Positions 20,718 to 29,570 of a stretch of DNA of 64,000 bases are shown one piece after another. How positions within the stretch are numbered: position 1 is the first letter of the stretch; each line of letters starts with the position of its first letter. Source of the DNA: Thermoanaerobaculia bacterium. Lineage in GTDB: Bacteria > Acidobacteriota > Thermoanaerobaculia > Multivoradales > Multivoraceae. A program made the translations under genes and the position numbers. Under the pieces are notes generated by a model. It searched no databases. It was not told the DNA's origin and was given only the letters and a program-made list of their open reading frames with translations. The stretch lies in the NCBI GenBank assembly GCA_963664405.1, contig OY761158.1, positions 576,001 to 640,000 of the forward strand, written 5' to 3'.

Positions 20718-21006
20718 CCGGTAACATAGACTGCATAGCGGACTCCTCTCATGTGAACGTTACGGTTCGTGCGACCTTGACATCTTAGATGCCGCTACAA
20801 GTCGCGGGAGGAGTCCATTCCATCAACATAGCCACTTTCTGAAGGCTTGAACGAAGGCCGCTGCGCGGCAGTTCCGGACGATGAGTCGAAGATCGTGGTC
20901 GTAGCGCCGGGCGTGAGCCGCGCCGAGAGTTAGCCACGGTCGAGGAAAGTCTCCATCCTCTTGGTTTGGCGTCAATGCCGACGCCTGCAACGAGGAGGAC
21001 CCTGTC

Positions 21007-21867
21007 ATGGGTGCACTGAGAGATCGGATGGAGACGGACATGAAGCTGCACGACTTTCGACCGGCGACCCAATCGCAGTACTTGCACTGCGTGCGCCGGC
21101 TGGCGAAGCACTACGGGCGCTCGCCCGATGAGCTGTGCGAAGAGGAGGTGCGCAGTTTCCTGCTCTACCTCCGCGAGGACCGTGCTTTGAGCTCGGCGAG
21201 TATCAGCACCTACACGGCGGCGCTGAAGTTCTTCTACGGGATCACCCTTCACCGCGAGGAGATGGTGCCCTCGTTAGGCGCGCCGAAGGTGCGCACGCAG
21301 CTTCCGGTCATCCTCTCGGGCACCGAGGTCGCGGCGGTGCTTGGCGCGATCCGCTCGCACGAGCTGCGTACGTTGGCCACGGTTCTGTACGCTTCGGGCC
21401 TGCGCATCAGCGAAGCGTGCGCGCTGGAGGTGTCAGACATCGACTCCGAGCGCATGCTGATCCATGTGCGCGACGGTAAGGGCGGGCGCGACCGCTTCGC
21501 CCTTCTCAGCCCGCAGCTGCTCAAGGTGCTGCGTCGATACTTCCGCAAAGAGCGCCCCGAGCCGCCCTATCTGTTTCCCGCTCCGCGCTCCGGCAAGACG
21601 TTGCGCCCCGACACGGTGCGTAAGAGCCTGCATCGGGCGGCTTTGCGCTGCGGGATTGTCAAGCGTGTGACCCCACACCTGCTGCGTCACTGCTTTGGCG
21701 CCCACATGCTGGAACTGGGCACTGATATCCGTGTGCTGCAGGCGCTGTTGGGTCACCGCTCGATCCGCACGACCCAGCTGTACGTACAGGTCTCCACCCA
21801 GCTGATCGCGCGCACCCCAAGCCCGTTGGACCTGCTCGGCACTCCCGCGGGCAAGGTCCTCGGATAA
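21007..21867 (+). CDS. Site-specific tyrosine recombinase/integrase
   Basis: SGLRISE, GKGGRDR, HLLRHCF, LLGHRSIRTTQLY. Confidence 0.95.
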   Translation: MGALRDRMETDMKLHDFRPATQSQYLHCVRRLAKHYGRSPDELCEEEVRSFLLYLREDRALSSASISTYTAALKFFYGITLHREEMVPSLGAPKVRTQLPVILSGTEVAAVLGAIRSHELRTLATVLYASGLRISEACALEVSDIDSERMLIHVRDGKGGRDRFALLSPQLLKVLRRYFRKERPEPPYLFPAPRSGKTLRPDTVRKSLHRAALRCGIVKRVTPHLLRHCFGAHMLELGTDIRVLQALLGHRSIRTTQLYVQVSTQLIARTPSPLDLLGTPAGKVLG

Positions 21868-21885
21868 CCGCGCGCTACAGCAACC

Positions 21886-23112
21886 GTGCACCCCCAGCAG
21901 GGGTGCGCTCGGCAGCTCGACCGCAAGGCGGGTCGGCCTCGCTTTGAGCTCGGCGAGATCTTCCGGGCGCACATCGACGCCTTTCGCGACCGCACCACCC
22001 TGAGCCCAGAGCAGGCTCAGGTGGTGCGGGCCCTCTGTGCCTGCCGCACCGCGCAGCTCGGCGGGCATCTGGACGTATGTCTGAACTGCGGCTTTAGGCG
22101 CCCGGCCTATAACTCATGCCGGAATCGTCACTGCCCCAAGTGCCAGGCGCTGGATCAGCACCGCTGGCTCGAGCGGCGCCTTTCTCGCATCCTGCCGGTC
22201 GCGTACTTTCACGTCGTCTTCACTCTGCCAGGAGAGCTTGCCTCGGTCGGCCTGCGCAACCGGCGGTTGGTGTACGAGCTGCTCTTCCGAGCCGCCTCCG
22301 AAACGCTGTTGACCCTTGGCAAGGACCCCCAGCGGCTCGGGGCTCTGCTCGGCATCACAATGGTGCTGCACACCTGGACCCGGGACCTGCGCTTCCATCC
22401 GCATGTGCACGCCATCGTCACGGGCGGGGGTCTGAGCCTCGAGGGTCAGCGGTGGCTCTCGACGGGCAACAAGTATCTGTTTCCCGTGAAGCTTCTGGGC
22501 AGGCTGTACCGCGGCAAGTTTCTGCACCACCTCGCCCGCGCTTACCAAGACGGACAGCTCGACCTGCCAGCAGAGCTGGCTGCCGACGGTGGCTTCGACC
22601 GCCTGCTGGACAAGCTCTACGCCAAGGACTTCATCGTCTACGCCAAGCGTCCCTTCGCCGGCCCGCAGCAGGTCTTCTCCTACCTCGGCCGCTATACCCA
22701 TCGGGTCGCCCTGTCCAACCACCGAATCCTCGACGTTACCGACAAGGCCATCACCCTCGCCACCCGCCACCCAAAGACGGTGACGCTGTCCCCCGAGGAG
22801 CTCATCCGCCGTTTCCTACTGCACGTCCTGCCCCGACGATTCCAAAAGATCCGCCATTACGGATTGATGGCCTCGGCCAACGTCCACTCTCGCCTCGAGC
22901 GAGCCCGCGCTCTGCTCGAGTCCACCGCCACAGCTACCCAGGCCGAAACCTCCCGCCCCGTCCCCATCGAGTCGGAAACCACAAACGAGCTCCTCCAACG
23001 CCTCACCGGCATCGACCTCGCGATCTGTCCCGCCTGCCAAGGTCCCCGCCTCCAACGTTTCCCCCTCGACCCTCCTGCCTACGCCCGGCCTCCACCGGTG
23101 GCGGCCGCGTGA
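21886..23112 (+). CDS. IS91-family (Y2/HUH) transposase with Zn-binding N-terminus
   Basis: CRTAQLGG, YNSCRNRHCPKCQ, HPHVH (HUH), YLGRYTHR, IRHYG. Confidence 0.92.
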   Translation: MHPQQGCARQLDRKAGRPRFELGEIFRAHIDAFRDRTTLSPEQAQVVRALCACRTAQLGGHLDVCLNCGFRRPAYNSCRNRHCPKCQALDQHRWLERRLSRILPVAYFHVVFTLPGELASVGLRNRRLVYELLFRAASETLLTLGKDPQRLGALLGITMVLHTWTRDLRFHPHVHAIVTGGGLSLEGQRWLSTGNKYLFPVKLLGRLYRGKFLHHLARAYQDGQLDLPAELAADGGFDRLLDKLYAKDFIVYAKRPFAGPQQVFSYLGRYTHRVALSNHRILDVTDKAITLATRHPKTVTLSPEELIRRFLLHVLPRRFQKIRHYGLMASANVHSRLERARALLESTATATQAETSRPVPIESETTNELLQRLTGIDLAICPACQGPRLQRFPLDPPAYARPPPVAAA

Positions 23113-23466
23113 TCCCACGCCTTTCTCTTCCCGCGCTCCCGGTCCCGCCGCGGACAAGGCGGAGGTGTGCCCGCGGTGGCTCCGAACCCAAAATCGAGAC
23201 GCCGGTGGACCTCCCAGGGGCCGCGCAGGCGCCTGACCGCAACCCAGTGCACCTCTGGAACTACCTCACAACCCTCGACCTGGGGCGCGTCGCGCGCAGC
23301 ACAGCCTGCCAACGAGGCTGATAACCCCATACACAACCGCTCGTCTGGCGGCCTCCGCTCAAGCCAGGTCTAGCAGAATCCCGCTCGGGTAGATCCGCGC
23401 GACGACGACCCTCCTACCTCGCGGGACTCTGCGAGATCCTTCTCCTTATGCAGAACGAGCTATAGC

Positions 23467-23493
23467 TGTCGTAGTGCGCCGAAAACTGCGACA
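23467..23493. repeat. 27-bp junction site (second site of the module split by IS1111 and IS91)
   Basis: TGTCGTA-gtgCGCCgaaaac-TGCGACA; 4 bp from the stop codon at 23498. Confidence 0.8.
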
Positions 23494-23497
23494 CCCA

Positions 23498-23929
23498 TCA
23501 GAGCGCAAGCGCGCCGAAGTAGACAAAGGGCGCGCTGATGGCGATGCGCACCAGTCCCAACAGGCGCCACCCGATCAGGCTCCCACTCAGGTCAGAGGGC
23601 ACGAACGCCTGGATGATGGCTCGGAAAGAGCCTGGGAACAGCACCAACGCTGTTGTCATGAACACGACCAAGACCCAGCCGATGAGCGACAGGATGAACG
23701 CCAAGGTGCTCTGCCCATTCAGGTCCAAGGACCCCTGCTCTGAAGCTCCTGCCCAAATCATCGCCAACCCGAGTGGGAGCAGGAACGCCCCGAACGTTCG
23801 GGTTCGACCGTTCGTCGTGGTCGTCCTAGTGAACCAGCGCAGCACAGACGCTGGCGCGACGAAGACGAAGCCCCCGTAGCCAACACCGAGGACCCCAACC
23901 GCGATGCTCACGATTCCAAGCGCGCTCAC
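23498..23929 (-). CDS. Four-TM membrane protein
   Basis: Hydrophobic helices; AAGGAGG RBS before GTG. Confidence 0.75.
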   Translation of the reverse strand: MSALGIVSIAVGVLGVGYGGFVFVAPASVLRWFTRTTTTNGRTRTFGAFLLPLGLAMIWAGASEQGSLDLNGQSTLAFILSLIGWVLVVFMTTALVLFPGSFRAIIQAFVPSDLSGSLIGWRLLGLVRIAISAPFVYFGALAL

Positions 23930-24054
23930 GAGCCCTCCTTAGAGACTTCCTTGGGGGTGGCTGAACAAGCTACCCGAGTGGCTGCTTTCAGCGCCATCGA
24001 ATGGACAGCATTCTAGCTGGCGGTTCAGGAGCCTGATAGCTATTCAGCTCTTCC

Positions 24055-24081
24055 TGTCGTCCTTCGCCACATTTCGCGACA
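24055..24081. repeat. 27-bp junction site
   Basis: TGTCGTC-cttCGCCacattt-CGCGACA, preceded by cagctcttcc. Confidence 0.75.
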
Positions 24082-24403
24082 CGCGACCTAGACCAGAGGA
24101 ATGGTCCAGCTACGGCACGACGCAGATCGAGTCCGAGGCCCCGATCGGAGTGCCATCGAAGAGCGTACCGGCAAGGGCGGCTCGGCGACACCGACGAACG
24201 GTACCCCGAGCTGCAGCGGGTTGAGAGGCAGTAGTGGTAGTGAAGCCGCCGCCGCTAGCCGCGGCGAGCCGAGGGGCTCAAGAGCTCCTGGTGACCAGCC
24301 CGGAAGCCGAGCCGCTGACGGGCGGACCTCGCCCGGTGGCACACGGCGAGGCCTCGGCAACGTACGGCTCCCAGAGGCGACCGGTCTCGAACAGACAGCG
24401 AAC

Positions 24404-25837
24404 CTAAGCAGTCTCCGCTGCCGCGACCGACGTCCATTCGTGCAACTCGTCCACCGTCTTGCGGTAGTGCTTCATACCCACATAGAGAAATGACGCCGCC
24501 ATCAGATGCGCGAAGCAACCGACGAGAACGATCGAATAGTTGATCTTCATTTCGTCCTGAAAGAGCAAATCGGTCGCCAGCCCGAGAGCGCCAGGGCCGA
24601 GCCCGAGACCGATCAGCGCATTGAAGAAAATGAAAATGGCGGACGCCTGGCCCCGCAACGTATTGGGCATGATCTCTTGGATGGCCGCCGCCTGGACGCC
24701 GATCGTCATCGCACCAATGAAGGCTGGCGGGACCATGAACGCGGCGGCGAGATACACATTCGGCATGAGCGGATAAAGAAGACCGCACGGTAGCCAGGCC
24801 AGACTAACCCAGACGCCGATCCGCATCTTGGCGTCGCGGTACCCGCGAGCATAGAGACGATCCGCCGCCCACCCCCCGAAAACCGTCCCTGCCGTGCCAA
24901 AGACGATTCCGACGCCCCCCAGCAGGTAACCGGCCTGCGTCGCCGTCAAGCCATGGACGCGCATATAGAACGCGGGGAGCCAAGCGCCGAGGCCGTAGCC
25001 CGAGAACGCCAGCCACGCGTAGCCGACGTTGTGGCACAACACTGTCTTCCAGTTCTTGCGCAGATAGAGCACCAGCTCGCCTCTCGGCGGCTTGGCCATC
25101 TGCCACTCACCGTCGTCGTCTCGGACTCGCCTCACGTTTCGGCGGAACGGTTCCTTCACAAACAGCATCAACGCCGTTAGAGGAATGGTCGGCAGGCAAA
25201 TCAGGAAGAACACAATCTGCCAGCGGTATCGCTCTCCGAGAACGGGCACCTCATACAACACGCCAGGCTCCATCAGCCCAACTGCCCACGCCCCAAGAAG
25301 GTTCGCGACGTTCGCTCCCAGCGTGACCCCCATCCCGTAGACGCCTAGCGCCAACGCGATCTTCTTGAGCGGAAAACTGTCCGCGACGATCGAGTAGGCC
25401 GAAGGCGACAACGTCGCTTCCCCAACCCCCACGCCGAACCGGCAAGTGAACAACTGCCAATAACGCGTGGCCAAGCCGCAGGAGAAGGAGGCCAGCGTCC
25501 AGAAGATCTGACCGACGATAATGATCCGAGTCCGCTTGCTCCGGTCGACGAGATATCCAATGGGCAGACCGGCGGTCGCATAGAAGAACGCAAACGCGAT
25601 ACCCATCAGCAAACCCATCTGCGTGTCGCTGACATCAAGAGAGTCCTTGATGTCCTCAACCAGCAAACCCATGATTTGCCGGTCGAGAAACGAATTCAGA
25701 TAGATGCCGACAAGAATCGAGACCGTAAGCCAAGACTTCCATTCCGCCGGAAGGGGCGGATCCTCAGGCGCGCCACCAGGAGCCTCCTCCAGTTCTGGCG
25801 CGATCCCATCCGGGTTCCTCGGTTCTTCTGGGGTCAT
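24404..25837 (-). CDS. MFS transporter (spinster-like)
   Basis: SFLDRQI, GYLVDRSKR, CRFGVGVGEATLSPSAYSIVAD; about 12 TMs. Confidence 0.9.
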   Translation of the reverse strand: MTPEEPRNPDGIAPELEEAPGGAPEDPPLPAEWKSWLTVSILVGIYLNSFLDRQIMGLLVEDIKDSLDVSDTQMGLLMGIAFAFFYATAGLPIGYLVDRSKRTRIIIVGQIFWTLASFSCGLATRYWQLFTCRFGVGVGEATLSPSAYSIVADSFPLKKIALALGVYGMGVTLGANVANLLGAWAVGLMEPGVLYEVPVLGERYRWQIVFFLICLPTIPLTALMLFVKEPFRRNVRRVRDDDGEWQMAKPPRGELVLYLRKNWKTVLCHNVGYAWLAFSGYGLGAWLPAFYMRVHGLTATQAGYLLGGVGIVFGTAGTVFGGWAADRLYARGYRDAKMRIGVWVSLAWLPCGLLYPLMPNVYLAAAFMVPPAFIGAMTIGVQAAAIQEIMPNTLRGQASAIFIFFNALIGLGLGPGALGLATDLLFQDEMKINYSIVLVGCFAHLMAASFLYVGMKHYRKTVDELHEWTSVAAAETA

Positions 25838-26014
25838 CCCTTCTGCTTTCACAATAGGGCCTGCGTAAAGGTACGTGAGCGTAGCCACTGACAGCCAGCG
25901 CGTCAACGGTAGGGCCGTCAGCCTGGATCCCGCAGGCTCTCGGACTAGGATTCGATGCTCTGGCAGACCGACTTCACCAGGCACCAGATGCGATATCGAG
26001 TCAGGAGGCCTGCC

Positions 26015-26158
26015 ATGACAACCGAGGACGAAGTCATCCTCACGATTCCTCGGAAGCCGTTCCGCCGGCTGAAGGAACTGGCCCGCAGAGAAGGCACCGA
26101 ACCCGAAGGCGATTATTATCGAGTCGCTGGAGATGAGGCTGGCGGACGAGCGGCGTGA
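26015..26158 (+). CDS. Small protein, possible ribbon-helix-helix/antitoxin remnant
   Basis: AGGAGG RBS; ILTIPRKPFRRLKELARREG. Confidence 0.4.
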   Translation: MTTEDEVILTIPRKPFRRLKELARREGTEPEGDYYRVAGDEAGGRAA

Positions 26159-26202
26159 CTCCGCGCATCGTATCGCCTCAATTGAGAGCTATCTTCGCGC
26201 AG

Positions 26203-26286
26203 TCTCGCAATCCACCCAAAAGTGCGACAGCGGGAGACTTATTCGCTTCGAGCTATTCCTGTCGTACTCCGCCACATTTCACGACA
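26203..26286. repeat. Paired junction sites (30-bp spacer type)
   Basis: TCTCGCA-atcCACCcaaaag-TGCGACA + TGTCGTA-ctcCGCCacattt-CACGACA; spacer nearly identical to 38372-38401. Confidence 0.85.
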
Positions 26287-26346
26287 ACTTCCCGTCACTC
26301 GGTCGCAACTAGCGGACTAGGCCGCTACTCTGATGCCCGCGCCCAG

Positions 26347-27798
26347 GGCGGATTCAACTGGTCGTCGCAACATCTCGTGATGGAGGTGTTTCGATGGGAG
26401 TTGGCAAGTGTCAGGGTGCGATTCGAGCGATGCGTGGCCAGATGCGGTCACCTGGCCGGCCCTCGACAGCGCGGCGCGAGGACCGGATCCGGTTCTGGGA
26501 GACGATCGCTCGTGGGGCGTCCAGCGAGGACGCCGCAACAGAGGCTGGGGTGTCGCCGGCTGTCGGGTCGAGATGGTTCAGGCAAGCTGGTGGAATGCGA
26601 CCTATCTCGTTGGCTCCGGTGTCGGGGCGTTATCTGTCGTTCGCCGAGCGTGAAGAGATCGCCATCCTTCACGCTCAGCATGTTGGGGTACGTGAGATCG
26701 CTCGCCGCCTGGGTCGTTCACCGTCGACGATTTCGCGGGAGCTGCGCCGCAACGCGGCGACTCGCAGCCGTGCCGTAACTTATCGGGCCACGACTGCGCA
26801 GTGGCACGCGGAGCGGCGCGCCAGCCGTCCGAAGGTCTCCAAGCTTGCCGCGAACGATGCCTTGCGTGAGTACGTGCAGAACCGCCTCGCCGGCGTGATC
26901 GCAAGGCCTGACGGGGAGCTGGTGCCGGGTCCGGATGTGCGTTGGATCGGCCGTCGGCACGGCCGTCGCCAGGATCGGCGTTGGGCGAAATCCTGGAGTC
27001 CGGAGCAGATCTCGAACCGGCTTCGGATTGATTTCCCCCATAATGAGTCGATGCGGATCTCTCACGAGGCGATCTACCAAGCGCTCTACATCCAAGGTCG
27101 AGGAGCCCTCAAACGCGAGCTCGTCGCGTGCCTGCGAACCGGGCGAGCGCTACGAGTGCCGCATGCGCGAACCCGGGGGAGAGGCAAGAAATTTGTAACT
27201 CCGGAGATCATGATCAGCGAACGCCCCGCCGAAGCCGCCGACAGGGCCGTGCCGGGTCACTGGGAAGGCGACCTGATCGTCGGGCTCGAGAGCTCAGCGA
27301 TCGGGACCCTCGTCGAACGCACTACGCGGTTCACGATGCTGCTGCACCTGCCCCGCATGGAAGGGCACGGGACCGAATCGAGGGTGAAGAACGGGCCGGC
27401 CCTCGCCGGGCACGGCGCCGAAGCCGTCCGTGACGCGATCGCGGTGTCAATCACCACGCTGCCCGAGCAGCTCCGCCGGTCCTTGACCTGGGACCAGGGC
27501 GCCGAGATGGCTCAACACGCTCAACTCCGCGTCGATACCGGCCTCGCGATCTACTTCTGCGACCCGCACAGCCCCTGGCAGCGGGGCACCAACGAGAACA
27601 CCAACGGACTACTACGCCAGTACTTCCCGAAGGGCACCGACCTTGTCAGATACTCCTGCGACGACCTCGCCGCGGTCGCGCTCGCACTCAACGGCCGACC
27701 CCGCAAGACCCTCGGCTGGAGAACCCCTGCCGAAGTCTTCGATGAGCTTGTACACTCTGCTCACCAAGGCAACGCTGCGACGACTCCTTGAACCCAAG
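26347..27798 (+). mobile_element. IS30-family element
   Basis: IRs ggcggattcaactggtcgtcgcaaca / cgctgcgacgactccttgaacccaag; flanking CAG on both sides. Confidence 0.85.
26394..27791 (+). CDS. IS30-family transposase
   Basis: LSFAEREEI, WSPEQIS, PGHWEGDLI, LTWDQGAEM, PWQRGTNENTNGLLRQY. Confidence 0.95.
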   Translation: MGVGKCQGAIRAMRGQMRSPGRPSTARREDRIRFWETIARGASSEDAATEAGVSPAVGSRWFRQAGGMRPISLAPVSGRYLSFAEREEIAILHAQHVGVREIARRLGRSPSTISRELRRNAATRSRAVTYRATTAQWHAERRASRPKVSKLAANDALREYVQNRLAGVIARPDGELVPGPDVRWIGRRHGRRQDRRWAKSWSPEQISNRLRIDFPHNESMRISHEAIYQALYIQGRGALKRELVACLRTGRALRVPHARTRGRGKKFVTPEIMISERPAEAADRAVPGHWEGDLIVGLESSAIGTLVERTTRFTMLLHLPRMEGHGTESRVKNGPALAGHGAEAVRDAIAVSITTLPEQLRRSLTWDQGAEMAQHAQLRVDTGLAIYFCDPHSPWQRGTNENTNGLLRQYFPKGTDLVRYSCDDLAAVALALNGRPRKTLGWRTPAEVFDELVHSAHQGNAATTP

Positions 27799-28212
27799 CA
27801 GTACGCCTCGAAGGCTTACCAGGATCGGCTGGCTGAGCTGCGGTTTCGCTGCAGCATGTCCGGCGTCGGAAATTGTTATGACAATGCGGTCTTGGAGAGC
27901 TTCTTCGACAGTCTCAAGACCGAGGTCTGGGACCGACCCTTCGAGACTCGTCAGCGAGCTCACGACGAAGCGGTTTCTTACCTCGAAGTGTTCTACAACC
28001 TGAGACGCCAGCATTCGACGCTCGGATTCCTGAGCCCCGAGGCCTTCGAAGGGGCAGCGTGAACTCACGCGCGACCGGCGGTCGGATCCGAAGGGAGGCT
28101 GCGCTCCCCGAACCTCGCACAGCCTCGTCCGAAGCTGACTACCCGAACTGATGCAGAATAGGAACTGCCCCGATGGGGCTTAACTTGGTGTCCACGAAAC
28201 CGTGACCGCTCA
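27799..28212 (+). pseudogene. IS3-family remnant (orfB C-terminus and right IR)
   Basis: QYAS...SMSGVGNCYDNAVLESFFDSLKTE...YNLRRQHSTLGFLSP; end gtgtccacgaaaccgtgaccgctca. Confidence 0.8.
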
Positions 28213-29033
28213 GAACCCCTGCCGAAGTCTTCGATGAGTTTGTACACTCTGCTCACCAAGGCAACGTTGCGACGACCCCTTGAACCCAAGCAGTCTGCCT
28301 GCGGCAGCTCTATGGCGAGCACCTCGTCGGCGTCCCGGATCTGCCAGATCGCCTCCTCCGGGACAGCGGGCTCGGGAGCGAGATTGTGGATCGGTGGGAT
28401 CGAGCGCAGGTAGGCGAAGATCGAGATCAGATCCTCGTCGGTCAGGTTGCGAATCCACAGCCATGGCATCGGCGGCAGGACGCCCCGACCGGCCCCGCCG
28501 AGGTGTCGCCCCGTGCGAAAGATGTCGAGGAACATCTCCTCGGTCCAGGAGCCGGTGCCGGTCTCGATGTCGGGGGTGAGGTTGAGGGAGTACATGGTGC
28601 CGAAAGGCAGAGCGAAGCTCGTGAAGGTCGGACCGATCAGGGCGATGTCCCCCGGACCGATGGTTCCCTGGGGATCGGGTGCGCCGCTCGGATGCCCCGA
28701 CAGCATGCGGCTCATGTCGGGTCTCGGGGCGCCGATCACCGGATCGAAGTTCCAGGGCGTGTGGCAGTCGTTGCAGCTGCCGAAACGCACCAGGTACTCA
28801 CCACGCTCGATCTGAGCATCGCTGTAGGGGTTCTCGGGTGCCGTGCCTGGGACGACGGGGCCCAAGTCGAATGGTTCCGGTGGTGGCGATGCCTCCGCAT
28901 CCGGTGTTGTTGCCGCGCCGGTGGCGGATTGCTCGGCTGGCCCTCGAGTGCAGGCTATCAACGCCAGGAACAGAATGGTCACGGCGAGTCCGAAAGCTCC
29001 CCCCAGGATGATCTGCACTCTCGTGTTCTTCAT
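28065..29033 (-). CDS. Cytochrome c lipoprotein; native C-terminus replaced by IS sequence below 28291
   Basis: RGEYLV..GSCNDCHTP, NLTPD.ETG.GSWTEE, PPMPW, DL.SIFAYLRSIPP. Confidence 0.8.
   Translation of the reverse strand: MKNTRVQIILGGAFGLAVTILFLALIACTRGPAEQSATGAATTPDAEASPPPEPFDLGPVVPGTAPENPYSDAQIERGEYLVRFGSCNDCHTPWNFDPVIGAPRPDMSRMLSGHPSGAPDPQGTIGPGDIALIGPTFTSFALPFGTMYSLNLTPDIETGTGSWTEEMFLDIFRTGRHLGGAGRGVLPPMPWLWIRNLTDEDLISIFAYLRSIPPIHNLAPEPAVPEEAIWQIRDADEVLAIELPQADCLGSRGRRNVALVSRVYKLIEDFGRGSERSRFRGHQVKPHRGSSYSASVRVVSFGRGCARFGERSLPSDPTAGRA
28213..28290 (+). mobile_element. Orphan IS30 right-end fragment
   Basis: About 78-bp near copy of 27721-27798, again followed by CAG. Confidence 0.8.
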
Positions 29034-29100
29034 CTCCAACAATGTGTATTCAACTCCTCTGAGGCTCCTCGTGGCCGAGGCGAGTTCCTGCTTCCAGAAC

Positions 29101-29255
29101 GATGACTTGGCGACATCTTACCCGTCGCCCGTGGGATCAGCGGCTCAGTGCTCGATCTGTGCGGTCGCACCTCACCGAATTTCACGACAGCCCCTCTGTT
29201 CAGAGGCTTATCCGCTTCCGGCTATACGTGTCGTCTCTCGCCACATAAAGCGTCA
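29101..29255. repeat. Full junction module (-10 box + paired sites, 39-bp spacer type)
   Basis: ttggcgacatcttacccgtcgccc...GGTCGCA-cctCACCgaattt-CACGACA...TGTCGTC-tctCGCCacataa-AGCGTCA. Confidence 0.85.
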
Positions 29256-29416
29256 CACTCCTGACGCGAGAAGGATCTCGTACGAGCGGCTTAGGGGGCG
29301 AGACAATCTTCTTTGCGTTCTGTGATCGCCTCGCCGTACGACAGGAAAGCGCTCTCCTCTCGTCCTTCTCCTCAGTGCTCGGTCGGAGCACCAGGCTATA
29401 CTGGCTTCAACGACCA

Positions 29417-29570
29417 ATGACTTCGCGAGCGAGCGGTCTTGTCGTGCTCCTGGTCTCCGTTGGACCGGCGTTAGCTCAGGAGGGCCAACAGGTCCCAGAT
29501 CCGGGCGCCGAGACCCGCGTCGTCCCCTATACAGACCACTTTGGGGATACTCGAGTCGACTACATTATTG
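29417..29570 (+). pseudogene. Possible 5' remnant of a secreted S9 (oligopeptidase B-like) peptidase
   Basis: Signal peptide then P..A.TRVVPYTDHFGDTRVDY, cut at the low-GC insert. Confidence 0.4.

Larger units (their letters stand above)
17337..20726 (+). mobile_element. IS21-family element with 4 ORFs
   Basis: IRL tgttgatggctgcgagaaagcgca / IRR tgcgctttctcgtagccggtaaca; 5-bp TSD TAGAC (17332-17336, 20727-20731). Confidence 0.9.
15998..20825 (-). mobile_element. IS110-family, IS1111-type element interrupted by IS21
   Basis: Subterminal IRs (TGGACTCCTC / GAGGAGTCCA) set in 7 and 3 nt from the ends; no TSD; long 3' noncoding region; removal restores GGCG|ACA of a junction site. Confidence 0.85.
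20847..23445 (+). mobile_element. Tyrosine integrase + IS91-like (Y2) transposase element, copy 1
   Basis: Boundaries from identity with copy 2 (ttgaacgaaggcc ... gagatccttctcc); no TSD; +/-2 bp ambiguity. Confidence 0.85.
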
